From NCBI GenBank assembly GCA_021797795.1, contig JAJZZB010000004.1, forward strand, positions 6,791 through 70,790: a stretch of 64,000 bases of DNA. The letters run 5' to 3'. This DNA is from Actinomycetes bacterium. GTDB taxonomy: Bacteria; Actinomycetota; Acidimicrobiia; Acidimicrobiales; Bog-793. The first letter of the stretch is position 1. Every line of letters begins with the position of its first letter. Shown piece after piece: positions 34,092 to 43,377 of the stretch. The translations under genes and the position numbers were made by a program. The notes beneath the pieces were generated by a model. The model did no database searches. It was not told the DNA's origin and saw nothing but the letters and a program-made list of their open reading frames with translations.

Positions 34092-35603
34092 ATGTCGAGT
34101 ACTGGGTACCCCGACGCCGAGGCTGGCATTCCCCTGCCAGCACCGGCGGCCTTCGACGTGGTGGTGCTCGGAGGCGGATCCGCTGCCGAAGAGCTCTGCT
34201 CCGCCCTGCTCGAGGGGCAACACGGCGGCCGGCGCTGGCGCGTCGCCGTCGTCGAGCAGCGCCTCGTCGGGGGGGCATGTCCGTTCTATGCCTGCATGCC
34301 CTCCAAGGCGATGTTGCGCTCGGCAGCGGTGCGCAGCCTGGTCGCCGGCGCCAGATCCTTCGGAGCCGTGGAGGCCGACTGCCCCCGGGACGACCCCGAA
34401 GGCGCCTACGCCCTCGCCGCCCGGCGCCGGGACGACGTCGCCGAGGGGCGCCGGGACGACGGCCACGCCGCCGACCTCCGCTCGATGGGCGTCGAGGTCG
34501 TGCGGGGCCATGGGCGCGTGAGCGGCCCGGGCCGGGTGCTCGTCGACTCCGCAGGAGGCGAGCGACGCGAGCTCGCCTTCGGGCGGCTCGTCGTCGCCAC
34601 CGGCTCGCTCCCCGCCCTGCCCCCCGTCGAGGGCCTCGCGGACGTGGCCTTCTGGACGAGCGACGAGGCCCTGAGCAGGCCTGAGCGACCGGGGGAGATC
34701 GCCGTCCTCGGCGGGGGCCCGGTCGGTTGCGAGCTGGCGGAGATCTACGCCAGGTTCGGCTCGAGGGTCCTTCTCATCGAGTCCTCCGAGCGGCTGCTCG
34801 CCCGGGAGGAGCCCGAGCTCGGCGAGGCGCTGGCCGCGCACCTCGAGCGCCTCGGGGTCGTCGTGCGGGCCCCCGCCAGCCTGGAGGGCGTCCGCCGGCG
34901 GGGCGAGGGGGCGCTCCTCGTCCTCGAGGGTGGCGAGGAGCTCGTGACCGAGCGACTCGTTGTGGCGACCGGGCGGAGACCGGCGATCGACGGGCTCGGT
35001 CTCGAGACCCTCGGCGTCGCCCCGGACGAGCACACGGGTGCGCTGAGGGTCGACGAGCATTGCGCGGTGGAGGGGCGGGACGACCTCTTCGCGGCGGGCG
35101 ACGTGAATGGGATCGCTCCCTTCACCCACGCCGCCAAGTACCAGGCCCGTGTCATCGCCTCCAACCTGCTCGGGGAGAGGCGGCAGGCGGACCACCGGGT
35201 GCTCCCGCGCTGCGTCTACACGGACCCCCCGCTCTTCGCGGTGGGGATGACCCGGGGGGAGGCGGAGGCGGAGGGCCTCTCTCTCGCCGTCGCCACCTCG
35301 GACCTCGGCCAGACGGCCAGGGCCGACTCCGAGGGCATGATGCTCGCCGGCCCGGAGGGGGGGCCGCCGCTCCTCGCCGCCGGGGCCGGAGGCACCCTCG
35401 TCCTTGTCGCCGACCGCCGGCGGCGGGTGATCGTCGGAGGCGGCGCCCTCGGGCCGCGGGCAGACGAGTGGATGAACGAGGTCGCCCTCGCGATCCGGGC
35501 AGCGGTCCCCCTCGGGCTGCTCGTGGAGGCGGTCCACCCGTTCCCGACCTACGCAGAGGCGCTCGGGGCCGCCTACCTCGATCTCGCCCGCCAGTGCCGC
35601 TAG
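34092..35603 (+). CDS. FAD-dependent pyridine nucleotide-disulfide oxidoreductase (dihydrolipoamide dehydrogenase/mycothione reductase-like)
   Basis: ATG 34092 within ORF 33867-35603. Motifs: FAD fold DVVVLGGGSAAEE, redox CxxxxC GGACPFYACMPSK, NAD fold IAVLGGGPVGCELAE, and a C-terminal dimerisation domain HPFPTYAEAL. Confidence 0.85.
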   Translation: MSSTGYPDAEAGIPLPAPAAFDVVVLGGGSAAEELCSALLEGQHGGRRWRVAVVEQRLVGGACPFYACMPSKAMLRSAAVRSLVAGARSFGAVEADCPRDDPEGAYALAARRRDDVAEGRRDDGHAADLRSMGVEVVRGHGRVSGPGRVLVDSAGGERRELAFGRLVVATGSLPALPPVEGLADVAFWTSDEALSRPERPGEIAVLGGGPVGCELAEIYARFGSRVLLIESSERLLAREEPELGEALAAHLERLGVVVRAPASLEGVRRRGEGALLVLEGGEELVTERLVVATGRRPAIDGLGLETLGVAPDEHTGALRVDEHCAVEGRDDLFAAGDVNGIAPFTHAAKYQARVIASNLLGERRQADHRVLPRCVYTDPPLFAVGMTRGEAEAEGLSLAVATSDLGQTARADSEGMMLAGPEGGPPLLAAGAGGTLVLVADRRRRVIVGGGALGPRADEWMNEVALAIRAAVPLGLLVEAVHPFPTYAEALGAAYLDLARQCR

Positions 35604-35628
35604 CTCCCGACAGGCGCGGGTCGGCTCC

Positions 35629-35652
35629 GGCGCCCGCCACCAGGCGGGCGCC
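35629..35652 (+). terminator. GC-rich stem-loop after the oxidoreductase gene
   Basis: Perfect 10-bp stem ggcgcccgcc / ggcgggcgcc with loop acca, 26 nt after the stop. There is no T-run. Confidence 0.45.
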
Positions 35653-35724
35653 GGTATCGTCAGGACCTGGACAGGGACCACGACGCCCTACGGCGACGTC
35701 CAGCACACCGGGAGGGAGCCCATC

Positions 35725-36924
35725 ATGAGCACGACGACCCCGTCTGTCTCGGACAGCTCGGCAACAGTCGGGACCCCGACGGCCTCTTCGTCGACCCCCG
35801 TCGCCGACTCCGCCGCCAGCGGGGTCACCGGGAGGGATCCCCTCGACCTCGAGGCGGTCGACGCCCTCGAGCTCTGGGTCGGCAACGCCCTCCAGGCGGC
35901 GCACTTCTACCGCACGGCGTGGGGCTTCGACCTCGTCGCCTACGCCGGTGCCGAGACCGGAGTCCGTGACAGGGCCTCCTACGTCCTCCAGCAGGGCAAG
36001 CTCCGCCTCGTCGTCACCTCGTCGCTCCGGGAGGGGACCGAGATCTCCCGGCATGTCGCCCGGCACGGCGACGGGGTCCGGGACATCTGTCTCCGGGTGG
36101 CCGACGCCGGCGCCGCCTTCCGGGAGGCGGTCCGGCGGGGGGCGGTCCCTGTGAGCGCCCCCTACGAGGAGAAGGACGACCACGGCGTCATCCGCAGGGC
36201 GACGATCGCCGCCTTCGGGGAGACGGTGCACACCTTCGTCGAGCGGAGGGACTACTCCGGCGTCTTCGCGCCCGGCTACGAGCCCCGCAGCGGCCCGCAG
36301 GACCCTCTGCCGCCCGTCGGCCTGCTCGACTTCGACCACTCCGTGGCGAACGTGGAGCTCAACCGGATGAACTTCTGGGTGGAGTTCTACGAGAAGGTGC
36401 TCGGCTTCCAGCTCATACAGGGCTTTACCGACGACGACATCTCGACGGAGTACTCGGCGCTCATGTCGAAGGTGGTCTCCGACGGTGTCGGCCGGATCAA
36501 GTTCCCGATCAACGAGCCGGCACCGGGCAAGAAGCGCTCGCAGGTGGACGAGTACCTCGACTTCTACAACGGACCCGGCCTGCAGCACATGGCCATCAAC
36601 ACCAACGACATCGTCGCCTCCGTGCAGGCGCTCGAGGCGCGCGGCATCGAGTTCATGCGGGTGCCGGACACCTACTACGAGGACCTCCGCGGCCGGTTCT
36701 CCGACCTCGACCTCGACGTCGCAGTGCTGAAGCGCCACGGCATCCTGGCGGACCGCGACGACGAGGGCTACCTGCTCCAGATCTTCTCCCGCATGAACCA
36801 GGACCGCCCGACGGTCTTCTTCGAGCTCATCGAGCGTCACGGGTCGCGCGGCTTCGGCAACGGCAACTTCAAGGCGCTCTTCGTCGCCCTCGAGCGCGAG
36901 CAGGAGCGCCGGGGCAACCTCTGA
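35725..36924 (+). CDS. hppD: 4-hydroxyphenylpyruvate dioxygenase
   Basis: Motifs: LELWVGNALQAAHFY, HGDGVRDI, GLQHMAINTNDI, LLQIFS, and the C-terminal FFELIERHGSRGFGNGNFKALFVALEREQ. Confidence 0.9.
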   Translation: MSTTTPSVSDSSATVGTPTASSSTPVADSAASGVTGRDPLDLEAVDALELWVGNALQAAHFYRTAWGFDLVAYAGAETGVRDRASYVLQQGKLRLVVTSSLREGTEISRHVARHGDGVRDICLRVADAGAAFREAVRRGAVPVSAPYEEKDDHGVIRRATIAAFGETVHTFVERRDYSGVFAPGYEPRSGPQDPLPPVGLLDFDHSVANVELNRMNFWVEFYEKVLGFQLIQGFTDDDISTEYSALMSKVVSDGVGRIKFPINEPAPGKKRSQVDEYLDFYNGPGLQHMAINTNDIVASVQALEARGIEFMRVPDTYYEDLRGRFSDLDLDVAVLKRHGILADRDDEGYLLQIFSRMNQDRPTVFFELIERHGSRGFGNGNFKALFVALEREQERRGNL

Positions 36925-38093
36925 TGCCCTACTACCGTCGGGTCGGCGACCTCCCCCGGAAGCGCCACACTGCTCACCGCGATGCCTCCTCGCGGCTTCG
37001 GGCGGAGGAGCTCATGGGGCTGAACGGCTTCTCGGAGGAGAGTGCGCTGCTCTACCACGCCCACGCGCCGACGGCCATCCGCTCGGCCGAGGCGGTCGAG
37101 CGGGAGCCGGACCGGCTCGTGGCGAACCATCCCCTCCTCCCCCGCCACTTCCGCCTGCACCAGTGTAAAAAGGGGGGCGACCCAGTCACAGGCCGTCAGC
37201 TCCTCCTCGCCAACGACGACGTGCGACTCTCCTACGCCGTCGCCACCGAGACGAGCCCGCTCACGCGCAACGCGGTGGGCGACGAGCTCGTCTACGTGGA
37301 GTCGGGCCGAGCGAGGCTCGAGACCGTCTTCGGCGCCCTCAAGATCGGCCAGGGCGACTACGTCGTCATCCCCACCTCGACGACGCACCGCTTCGTGATC
37401 GAGGACGGGGCGGGCGAGCCGCTCCGCCTCCTCGTCGCAGAAGCCCGCGGGCACGTGAGCGTCCCCGACCGATACCTCTCCTCCCGCGGCCAGCTGAAGG
37501 AGGGTGCGCCCTTCTCCGAGCGGGACATCCGCGGCCCGGACGGCCCCCTCTTCGTCGAGGGAGAGGACGTCGAGGTGCTCGTGCGCAACAGGGCGGGCCT
37601 CACCCGCTACGTCTATGCCCACCATCCCTTCGACGTCGTCGGCTGGGACGGGTGCCTGTACCCCTGGGCGCTCTCGATCCACGACTTCGAGCCGATCGTC
37701 GGCCGCCTCCACCAGCCGCCGCCGGTCCACCAGACCTTCGCCGGGCCGAACTTCGTCGTCTGCTCGTTCGTGCCCCGGCTGTTCGACTTCGATCCGGACG
37801 CCATCCCCGTCCCCTACAACCACGCCAACGTCGACTCCGACGAGGTGCTCTTCTACTGCGGGGGGGACTTCATGAGCCGGGCCGGATCGGGGATCGGGCA
37901 GGGCTCGGTCTCCCTTCATCCCTCGGGGTTCATCCACGGGCCGCAGCCGGGAAGCGTCGAAGCGGCCATCGGCAAGCCGGGGACCGAGGAGCTGGCAGTC
38001 ATGATCGACACCTTCCGGCCCCTCGAGCTCGCCCGGGCGGCCCTCGACGTCGAGGACGATGCCTACCCCTGGACCTGGGCCCGGCGGCCCTGA
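36924..38093 (+). CDS. hmgA: homogentisate 1,2-dioxygenase (short bacterial type)
   Basis: The start overlaps the hppD stop (TGATG). MPYYRRVGDLPRKRHT is the typical N-terminus of this family. Also present: FEPIVGRLHQPPPVHQTF and SLHPSGFIHGPQPG. Confidence 0.8.
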   Translation: MPYYRRVGDLPRKRHTAHRDASSRLRAEELMGLNGFSEESALLYHAHAPTAIRSAEAVEREPDRLVANHPLLPRHFRLHQCKKGGDPVTGRQLLLANDDVRLSYAVATETSPLTRNAVGDELVYVESGRARLETVFGALKIGQGDYVVIPTSTTHRFVIEDGAGEPLRLLVAEARGHVSVPDRYLSSRGQLKEGAPFSERDIRGPDGPLFVEGEDVEVLVRNRAGLTRYVYAHHPFDVVGWDGCLYPWALSIHDFEPIVGRLHQPPPVHQTFAGPNFVVCSFVPRLFDFDPDAIPVPYNHANVDSDEVLFYCGGDFMSRAGSGIGQGSVSLHPSGFIHGPQPGSVEAAIGKPGTEELAVMIDTFRPLELARAALDVEDDAYPWTWARRP

Positions 38094-38184
38094 GGTCGCC
38101 GGTGATGACGGAGTCCCGGCTGGGCGCCGGAGCGCCGTCGTCGCCACGGCTCACGCTCGGTCCTGAGCAGCCTCCACGCACCTC

Positions 38185-38496
38185 ATGGCGGATCGGCCTC
38201 AGCGCCGTCGTCTCCGCCTGTTCTGCACCGTCGACTCGGCCGCCCTCGACATGCGGGCGCGAGAGAAGATGCTCGGCGCCGCCCGGATGCTCGAGATGGC
38301 CGAGTTGCGCCAGCCCTGGCCCCGCCCCCACCTCGACGCCAGCCCGCCGCTCGGTCTCGCCCGGCCACGGGCGCACCTCGAGGGCCTCCCGGCGCACATG
38401 ACCTTCGTCGACAGGCTCGGCCCGGTCTCCGAGCTCCCGTCGCCTCCCTTCGTCGGGGTCCCCCCTCAGTCCGACGGGGCGAGCAGACGGCCGTGA
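38185..38496 (+). CDS. hypothetical small protein (about 80-103 aa)
   Basis: About 90 percent G/C at third positions. The stop overlaps the GTG start of the FUSC gene (GTGA). ATG 38251 is an alternative start. I recognise no family. Confidence 0.4.
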   Translation: MADRPQRRRLRLFCTVDSAALDMRAREKMLGAARMLEMAELRQPWPRPHLDASPPLGLARPRAHLEGLPAHMTFVDRLGPVSELPSPPFVGVPPQSDGASRRP

Positions 38497-40694
38497 GGCT
38501 CTCCGGCCGGGCGCGCTCGATCGTCGGCGAGAGCGCCCGGTTGAACCTCGACCAGGCGACCCTGCCCGGCGCGCTCCGCTGCACGGCAGGCGCCCTCGTC
38601 CCCCTCGTCGTCGGCCTGGCGACCGGCGCGGTCGCCGACGGCGTCTACGGGTCGATCGGGGCACTGTGTGCCGGCTTCGCCTCCTTCCAGGGTGCCTACC
38701 GGCGGAGGGTCCTCATCACCTTCGCTGTCGGCGTGGGCATGGCCGCCGCCACGATCTCCGGGGGGCTGGCGGGACGAGCCGACTGGGCGGCCATCGTGGC
38801 GGTGGCCGTCTGGTCGCTCATCGCCGGGATGATGACCGCGTTCGGGCAGCCAGCCCTCGTCGTCGGCCTGCAGTGGGGAGTGGCCGTCATCATCGTCAAC
38901 GCCTTCCCGATGACGGCCTCGCAGGCGCTCGACTACGGGGGGATGATCCTCGCCGGCGCCCTCGTCCAGAGCCTCCTCGTCGTCGTCACCTGGCCCTTGC
39001 GCTCCTACGCGGCCGAGCGCGGCGCCGTGGCGGACCTGTACCGGGACCTCGCCTCCTATGCCGAGTCGGTGACCCGCGGCGTCGAGGCCGGCCTCCCGTC
39101 GACCGCCATCGACGACGCCCGCGCCGTCCTGCGCGACCCCCAGCCGCTCGGCCGGGCGGCCCAGCTCGTGGCCTTCCAGGCGCTCGTCGACGAGGCCGCG
39201 CGGTCGCGGATCGCCCTGGCTGCCCTCTCGAGCATGCGGCGCTCGCTCCAACGCGGCGGGAGCGAGCTCCTCGAGATCGACTCCTTCCTCCTCGCCTGCG
39301 CCTCGGTGCTGCGGTCGGTCGCCACGGCCGTCCTCGCCGACATGGAGCCGTCGGGGACAGCCTCGCTCGGGAGGCTCGCCTCCGAGCGCCCGCCACCGCA
39401 GGCGCACGGTGCGACGCCGTGGCAGGTGCGCGAGACGACCGCCCTCATGGACGCCCTGGCCGGCCAGCTCCGCGGGATGGTGCGGACGGCCTCTGTGAGC
39501 GCCGACGGCAAAGGGGCGGACGACAACGGTCGGCACGCTCTCCCCCGCCGGCGCCGCAACGGGCTCCCTGACGCCGTCCTCACGCTTCGGGCCAACCTCT
39601 CGTGGCAGTCGGCCGTCTTCCGCCACGCGGTGCGCCTCAGCGCCGTGCTCACGCTCGGGATGATCCTCTACCGAGTGACCGGCCTGGCGCACGGCTACTG
39701 GATCTCGCTGACGGCCCTCCTCGTGCTCCGCCAGGACTTCACCACGACCGCCGTACGCGGGATCAGCCGGGTGGCCGGAACGGTGCTCGGGGCGCTCGTC
39801 GCCACCCTCCTCGTCGTCGCGATCCGTCCGGACCAGACGGGCCTCGCCGTCCTGTTCGCCCTCTCGGCCTTCTCCGCCTTCGTCACCGTCCGTGTGAACT
39901 ACGCCCTGTTCTCGGTCTTTGTGACCGCCTATGTGGTCTTCCTCCTCGCCTTCGCCGCCGAGCCAGCGGTCTCGACAGCGGGCGCCCGGCTCGTGGCGAC
40001 GCTCGTCGGAGGAGCGCTCGCCATCGGGGCCTATCTCGCCTGGCCGACGTGGGAGTCGCGCCTGGCGGCCCCGCAGCTCGCCCGGCTCGTCGACGCCCAG
40101 GCCGACTACGCCGAGGCGCTCCTCGCCTGCTTCAGCGAGCCGGCGAGCGCCCGGCGACGCTCACTCGACGAGATGCGGTCGGCGGTGAGGCGGGCCCGGT
40201 CGAACGCGGAGCTCTCCCTCGCGAGGATGGCGAGCGAGCCGGCCCGGTCACGGCGCGACGCCCCGCTCGACCTCGACAGGGCCGGCGGCATCGCCGCCGC
40301 CGCCCGACGCTCGTCACTCAGCCTGCTCACCCTGCACGCCCGCCTCCCCGGGACGACGGACCCCCCCTTTCCCGCCGTCAGCCGCTTCGCCCGGCAGCTC
40401 GTCGCCCGGATGCGCCGCGAGGCGGCCCAGCTTCGCGACCTCGTCCGGCGCTCGGCGGTCAGCGAGTCGCCCGAGGCGCTCTTCGCCCTCGGCGGGCGCT
40501 CGGCGGCGGCTCCCGAGACGCAACTCGACCACCTCGGGCGCGAGCTGCGGGAGGCGCACAACGAGCTCGTCGCCGATCTCGCCGGCGTCGGTGGGCGGGA
40601 CCCGGTCGAGCTCCAGCTCCTCACGACCGAGACCGACGAGCTCGTCGACGCCGTCAACTCGATCTCGAGGCTCGTGGCCGCTCAGGCTGAGTGA
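38493..40694 (+). CDS. FUSC family (fusaric-acid-resistance-like, YccS/YhfK-type) membrane protein
   Basis: There are two multi-TM halves. The diagnostic segment is FRHAVRLSAVLTLGMILYRVTGLAHGYWISLTALLVLRQDFTTTAVRGISRVAGTVLGA. A long cytoplasmic C-terminal helical region follows. Confidence 0.8.
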   Translation: MRLSGRARSIVGESARLNLDQATLPGALRCTAGALVPLVVGLATGAVADGVYGSIGALCAGFASFQGAYRRRVLITFAVGVGMAAATISGGLAGRADWAAIVAVAVWSLIAGMMTAFGQPALVVGLQWGVAVIIVNAFPMTASQALDYGGMILAGALVQSLLVVVTWPLRSYAAERGAVADLYRDLASYAESVTRGVEAGLPSTAIDDARAVLRDPQPLGRAAQLVAFQALVDEAARSRIALAALSSMRRSLQRGGSELLEIDSFLLACASVLRSVATAVLADMEPSGTASLGRLASERPPPQAHGATPWQVRETTALMDALAGQLRGMVRTASVSADGKGADDNGRHALPRRRRNGLPDAVLTLRANLSWQSAVFRHAVRLSAVLTLGMILYRVTGLAHGYWISLTALLVLRQDFTTTAVRGISRVAGTVLGALVATLLVVAIRPDQTGLAVLFALSAFSAFVTVRVNYALFSVFVTAYVVFLLAFAAEPAVSTAGARLVATLVGGALAIGAYLAWPTWESRLAAPQLARLVDAQADYAEALLACFSEPASARRRSLDEMRSAVRRARSNAELSLARMASEPARSRRDAPLDLDRAGGIAAAARRSSLSLLTLHARLPGTTDPPFPAVSRFARQLVARMRREAAQLRDLVRRSAVSESPEALFALGGRSAAAPETQLDHLGRELREAHNELVADLAGVGGRDPVELQLLTTETDELVDAVNSISRLVAAQAE

Positions 40695-41698
40695 GCGGCG
40701 GCCCAGGCGGCGAGCCCGCCCGCGTCCTTGGTGTTGACGACGCGGTCGGGGGCGATGCCGGCCTCGACCGCCTGCTCGCATCCGAGCCCGAGCCACTCGA
40801 GCTGACCGGGAGCGTGGGCGTCGGTGTCGATGCTGACAAGACAGCCGGCTGCCACCGCCCGGTCGAGGAGCTCTGGCGGCGGGTCCCGCCGCTCGGGACG
40901 CGAGTTGATCTCCACGGCCGTCCCGGTACGGGCGCAGGCGTCGAAGACCGCTGCGGCGTCGAAGGTGGAAGGGGGCCGGCCGCGCCCGACGATGAGCCGA
41001 CCCGTGCAGTGGCCGAGGACGTCGACATGCGGGCTCTCGACGGCGCGTACCATGCGTCCGGTCATCTGCCGTTCCTCCATGCGCAGCTTGGAGTGGACGC
41101 TCGCCACCACCAGATCGAGGCGAGCGAGGAGCTCTTCTGACTGGTCGAGGCTGCCGTCCTCCAGGATGTCCACCTCGATGCCGGTGAAGAGCCGGAACGG
41201 CGCCATCTTCTCGTTCAGCTCCGCCACGACCTCGAGCTGGGCGACCAGCCGGGCGCCATCGAGGCCGTGGGCGACGGTGAGGCGCGGGCTGTGGTCGGTG
41301 AAGACCAGGTACTCGTGCCCGAGATCGCGGGCGGCGGTGGCCATCTCCTCGATCGGGCTCCCCCCGTCCGACCAGTCCGAGTGGGAGTGGCAGTCGCCTC
41401 GGAGGGCCGACCTGAGCGCCGACACCTCCGGCGAGAAGGAGGGTGCCCCCTCGCCTTCGAGGTGCGCCAGGTACCCGGGCACGCCGCCGGCGAGCGCCTC
41501 GGCGATCACCTTGGCGGTCGTGTCGCCGACACCGTCCAGCTCCTTCAGCCGGCCGCCTGCGGCGAGACGGGCGAGGAGGGCGGGATCGGTCGACTCGGCC
41601 GTCGAGGCCGCACGGCGAAAGGCCCGCACCTTGTAGCTCTCGGCGCGACCGCGCTCGAGCAGGTACGCCACGCGCCGCAACGCCTCTGTCGGCTCCAT
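40682..41698 (-). CDS. PHP-domain phosphoesterase with N-terminal helix-hairpin-helix region (PolX C-terminal-like)
   Basis: This is the C-terminal 339 aa of track ORF 40682-42364, from ATG 41698 (alternative 41725). Motifs: GDCHSHSDWSDG, VFTDHSP, VASVHS, LGHCTG, SIDTDAH (PHP metal ligands), plus LDGVGDTTAKVI (HhH). Confidence 0.8.
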   Translation of the reverse strand: MEPTEALRRVAYLLERGRAESYKVRAFRRAASTAESTDPALLARLAAGGRLKELDGVGDTTAKVIAEALAGGVPGYLAHLEGEGAPSFSPEVSALRSALRGDCHSHSDWSDGGSPIEEMATAARDLGHEYLVFTDHSPRLTVAHGLDGARLVAQLEVVAELNEKMAPFRLFTGIEVDILEDGSLDQSEELLARLDLVVASVHSKLRMEERQMTGRMVRAVESPHVDVLGHCTGRLIVGRGRPPSTFDAAAVFDACARTGTAVEINSRPERRDPPPELLDRAVAAGCLVSIDTDAHAPGQLEWLGLGCEQAVEAGIAPDRVVNTKDAGGLAAWAAAHSA

Positions 41699-41739
41699 GC
41701 CCGCCTGAGGGTACCGCCGCCGCATGTCACCATGTCGCC

Positions 41740-43377
41740 ATGAACTCAGACGCGGTCTTCCGGGGGCGCATTGCCACCTGGGCCGACGACCGCCCACGCG
41801 CCCGCACGCTCGCGGTCTGGCGAGGCCGCGTGGTCGCCTTCGACGGTGAGGCGGAGGGGCTCGCCCGGGACGCTCTGGTGAAGGAGGACTTCGGCTCGGC
41901 CGCCCTCTTCCCCGGCTTCCACGACGCCCACTGCCACACGACCGCCTTCGGGCTCTCGCTCTCGGAGCTCGATCTGTCGACGCCGCCCATCTCCTCGATG
42001 GAGGAGCTCTACGGTGCGGTCGCCGCCCGCGCCGCCGCCCTCGGCGGGAATGACTGGGTCGTCGGGACCGGCTACGACCAGAACAAGCTCGGTCGCCGCC
42101 ATCCCGAGCGTCGCCGGCTCGACGGGGCCGGCGGCGGCCGGCCAGTGTGGCTCCAGCACACCTCGGGCCACATGTGCGTCGTGAACTCCGCCGCCCTCGA
42201 GCGGATCGGCCCCGCCATCGACCGGGCGATCGACGGCGGCTCGGTCGTCCGCGACGAGCGGGGGGAGCCGACGGGCCTGCTCGAGGAGCGCGCCCAGTCC
42301 CTCGTCCAGGCCCTCGTCCTGCCCCGCTCGCTCGAGGAGCTCGCCGCGGCGATCTCGCGGGCACACGACCGCTACCTCGCCGAGGGCCTGACGTCGGTCT
42401 GCGACGCCGGTGTCGCAGGAGGCTGGATCGGCCAGAGCCCCGTCGAGTTCGCCGCCTACCAGCTCGCTCGCGAGAGCGGTCGTCTGAAGGTGCGCTCCAC
42501 CGTCATGGTCTCCTCCGACGTCCTCGGCCCGGTCGTGGGCCACGCCGACGACGGCCTCGACGGGGCGGTCGGGCTGCCCGCCGGGCTCCGCACAGGCCTC
42601 GGCGACGACTGGCTGCGGCTCGGGCCGGTGAAGGTCTTCGCCGACGGCTCGCTCATCGGGCGCACCTGCTGGATGGAGCACGGCTTCGAAGACGACCCCG
42701 CCAACACCGGCTATCCCCAGGCCGAGCCCGAGCGGATGCGCGCCGTCATCGTCGGTGCGCACCGGGCGGGCTGGCAGGTGGCGACGCACGCCATCGGGGA
42801 TGCCGCCGTCGCCTTCGTGCTCGACTGCTACGAGGAGGCGCTCAGGGACACTCCCCGGCCGGACCACCGCCACCGCATCGAGCACTGCGGCGTCACGACG
42901 CCCGGCTCGCTCGCACGCCTCGGCCGGCTCGGGGTCGTGCCCGTCCCACAGGGCCGCTTCATCGGCGAGATCGGCGACGGCATGATCGAGGCGCTCGGCG
43001 AGAGCCGCGTTGCTGACGCCTACCGGCTGGCGAGCTTCCTCCAGGCCAGCGGCACCCTGCCGGGGAGCTCCGACCGTCCGGTCGTCGACGGCAGGCCGAT
43101 GAGGGGGATCGCCGACATGGTCACCAGGCGGACGGGCTCGGGAGCCGTCTTCGGCGCCGAGGAGGCGCTCACGGTCGAGCAGGCGCTCCGGGCCTACAGC
43201 GCCGGCTCCGCCTACGCCGAGCGGACCGAGGGTGACCGGGGCTCGCTCCGCCTCGGCCAGCTGGCCGACTTCGTCGTGCTCGAGCAGGACCCGCGCGAGC
43301 TCCCCGAGGGCGAGCTCGCCGATCTCGGCGTCGTCGCCACCGGCGTCGGCGGCACCCTCGCCTACGACGGTCGCTGA
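41740..43377 (+). CDS. amidohydrolase family protein (YtcJ-like, amidohydrolase_3)
   Basis: ATG 41740 within ORF 41443-43377. Motifs: PGFHDAHCHT, VATHAIGD, HRIEHC, SDRPV. It is divergent from the PHP gene with a spacer under 45 nt. Confidence 0.85.
   Translation: MNSDAVFRGRIATWADDRPRARTLAVWRGRVVAFDGEAEGLARDALVKEDFGSAALFPGFHDAHCHTTAFGLSLSELDLSTPPISSMEELYGAVAARAAALGGNDWVVGTGYDQNKLGRRHPERRRLDGAGGGRPVWLQHTSGHMCVVNSAALERIGPAIDRAIDGGSVVRDERGEPTGLLEERAQSLVQALVLPRSLEELAAAISRAHDRYLAEGLTSVCDAGVAGGWIGQSPVEFAAYQLARESGRLKVRSTVMVSSDVLGPVVGHADDGLDGAVGLPAGLRTGLGDDWLRLGPVKVFADGSLIGRTCWMEHGFEDDPANTGYPQAEPERMRAVIVGAHRAGWQVATHAIGDAAVAFVLDCYEEALRDTPRPDHRHRIEHCGVTTPGSLARLGRLGVVPVPQGRFIGEIGDGMIEALGESRVADAYRLASFLQASGTLPGSSDRPVVDGRPMRGIADMVTRRTGSGAVFGAEEALTVEQALRAYSAGSAYAERTEGDRGSLRLGQLADFVVLEQDPRELPEGELADLGVVATGVGGTLAYDGR

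Noticed and set aside
40682-42364. A 560-aa version of the PHP protein with a 220-aa N-terminal extension
   Set aside because: The extension is almost pure Arg/Gly/Pro/Ala and is antisense to the amidohydrolase gene. ATG 41698 (or 41725) gives a normal PHP protein.
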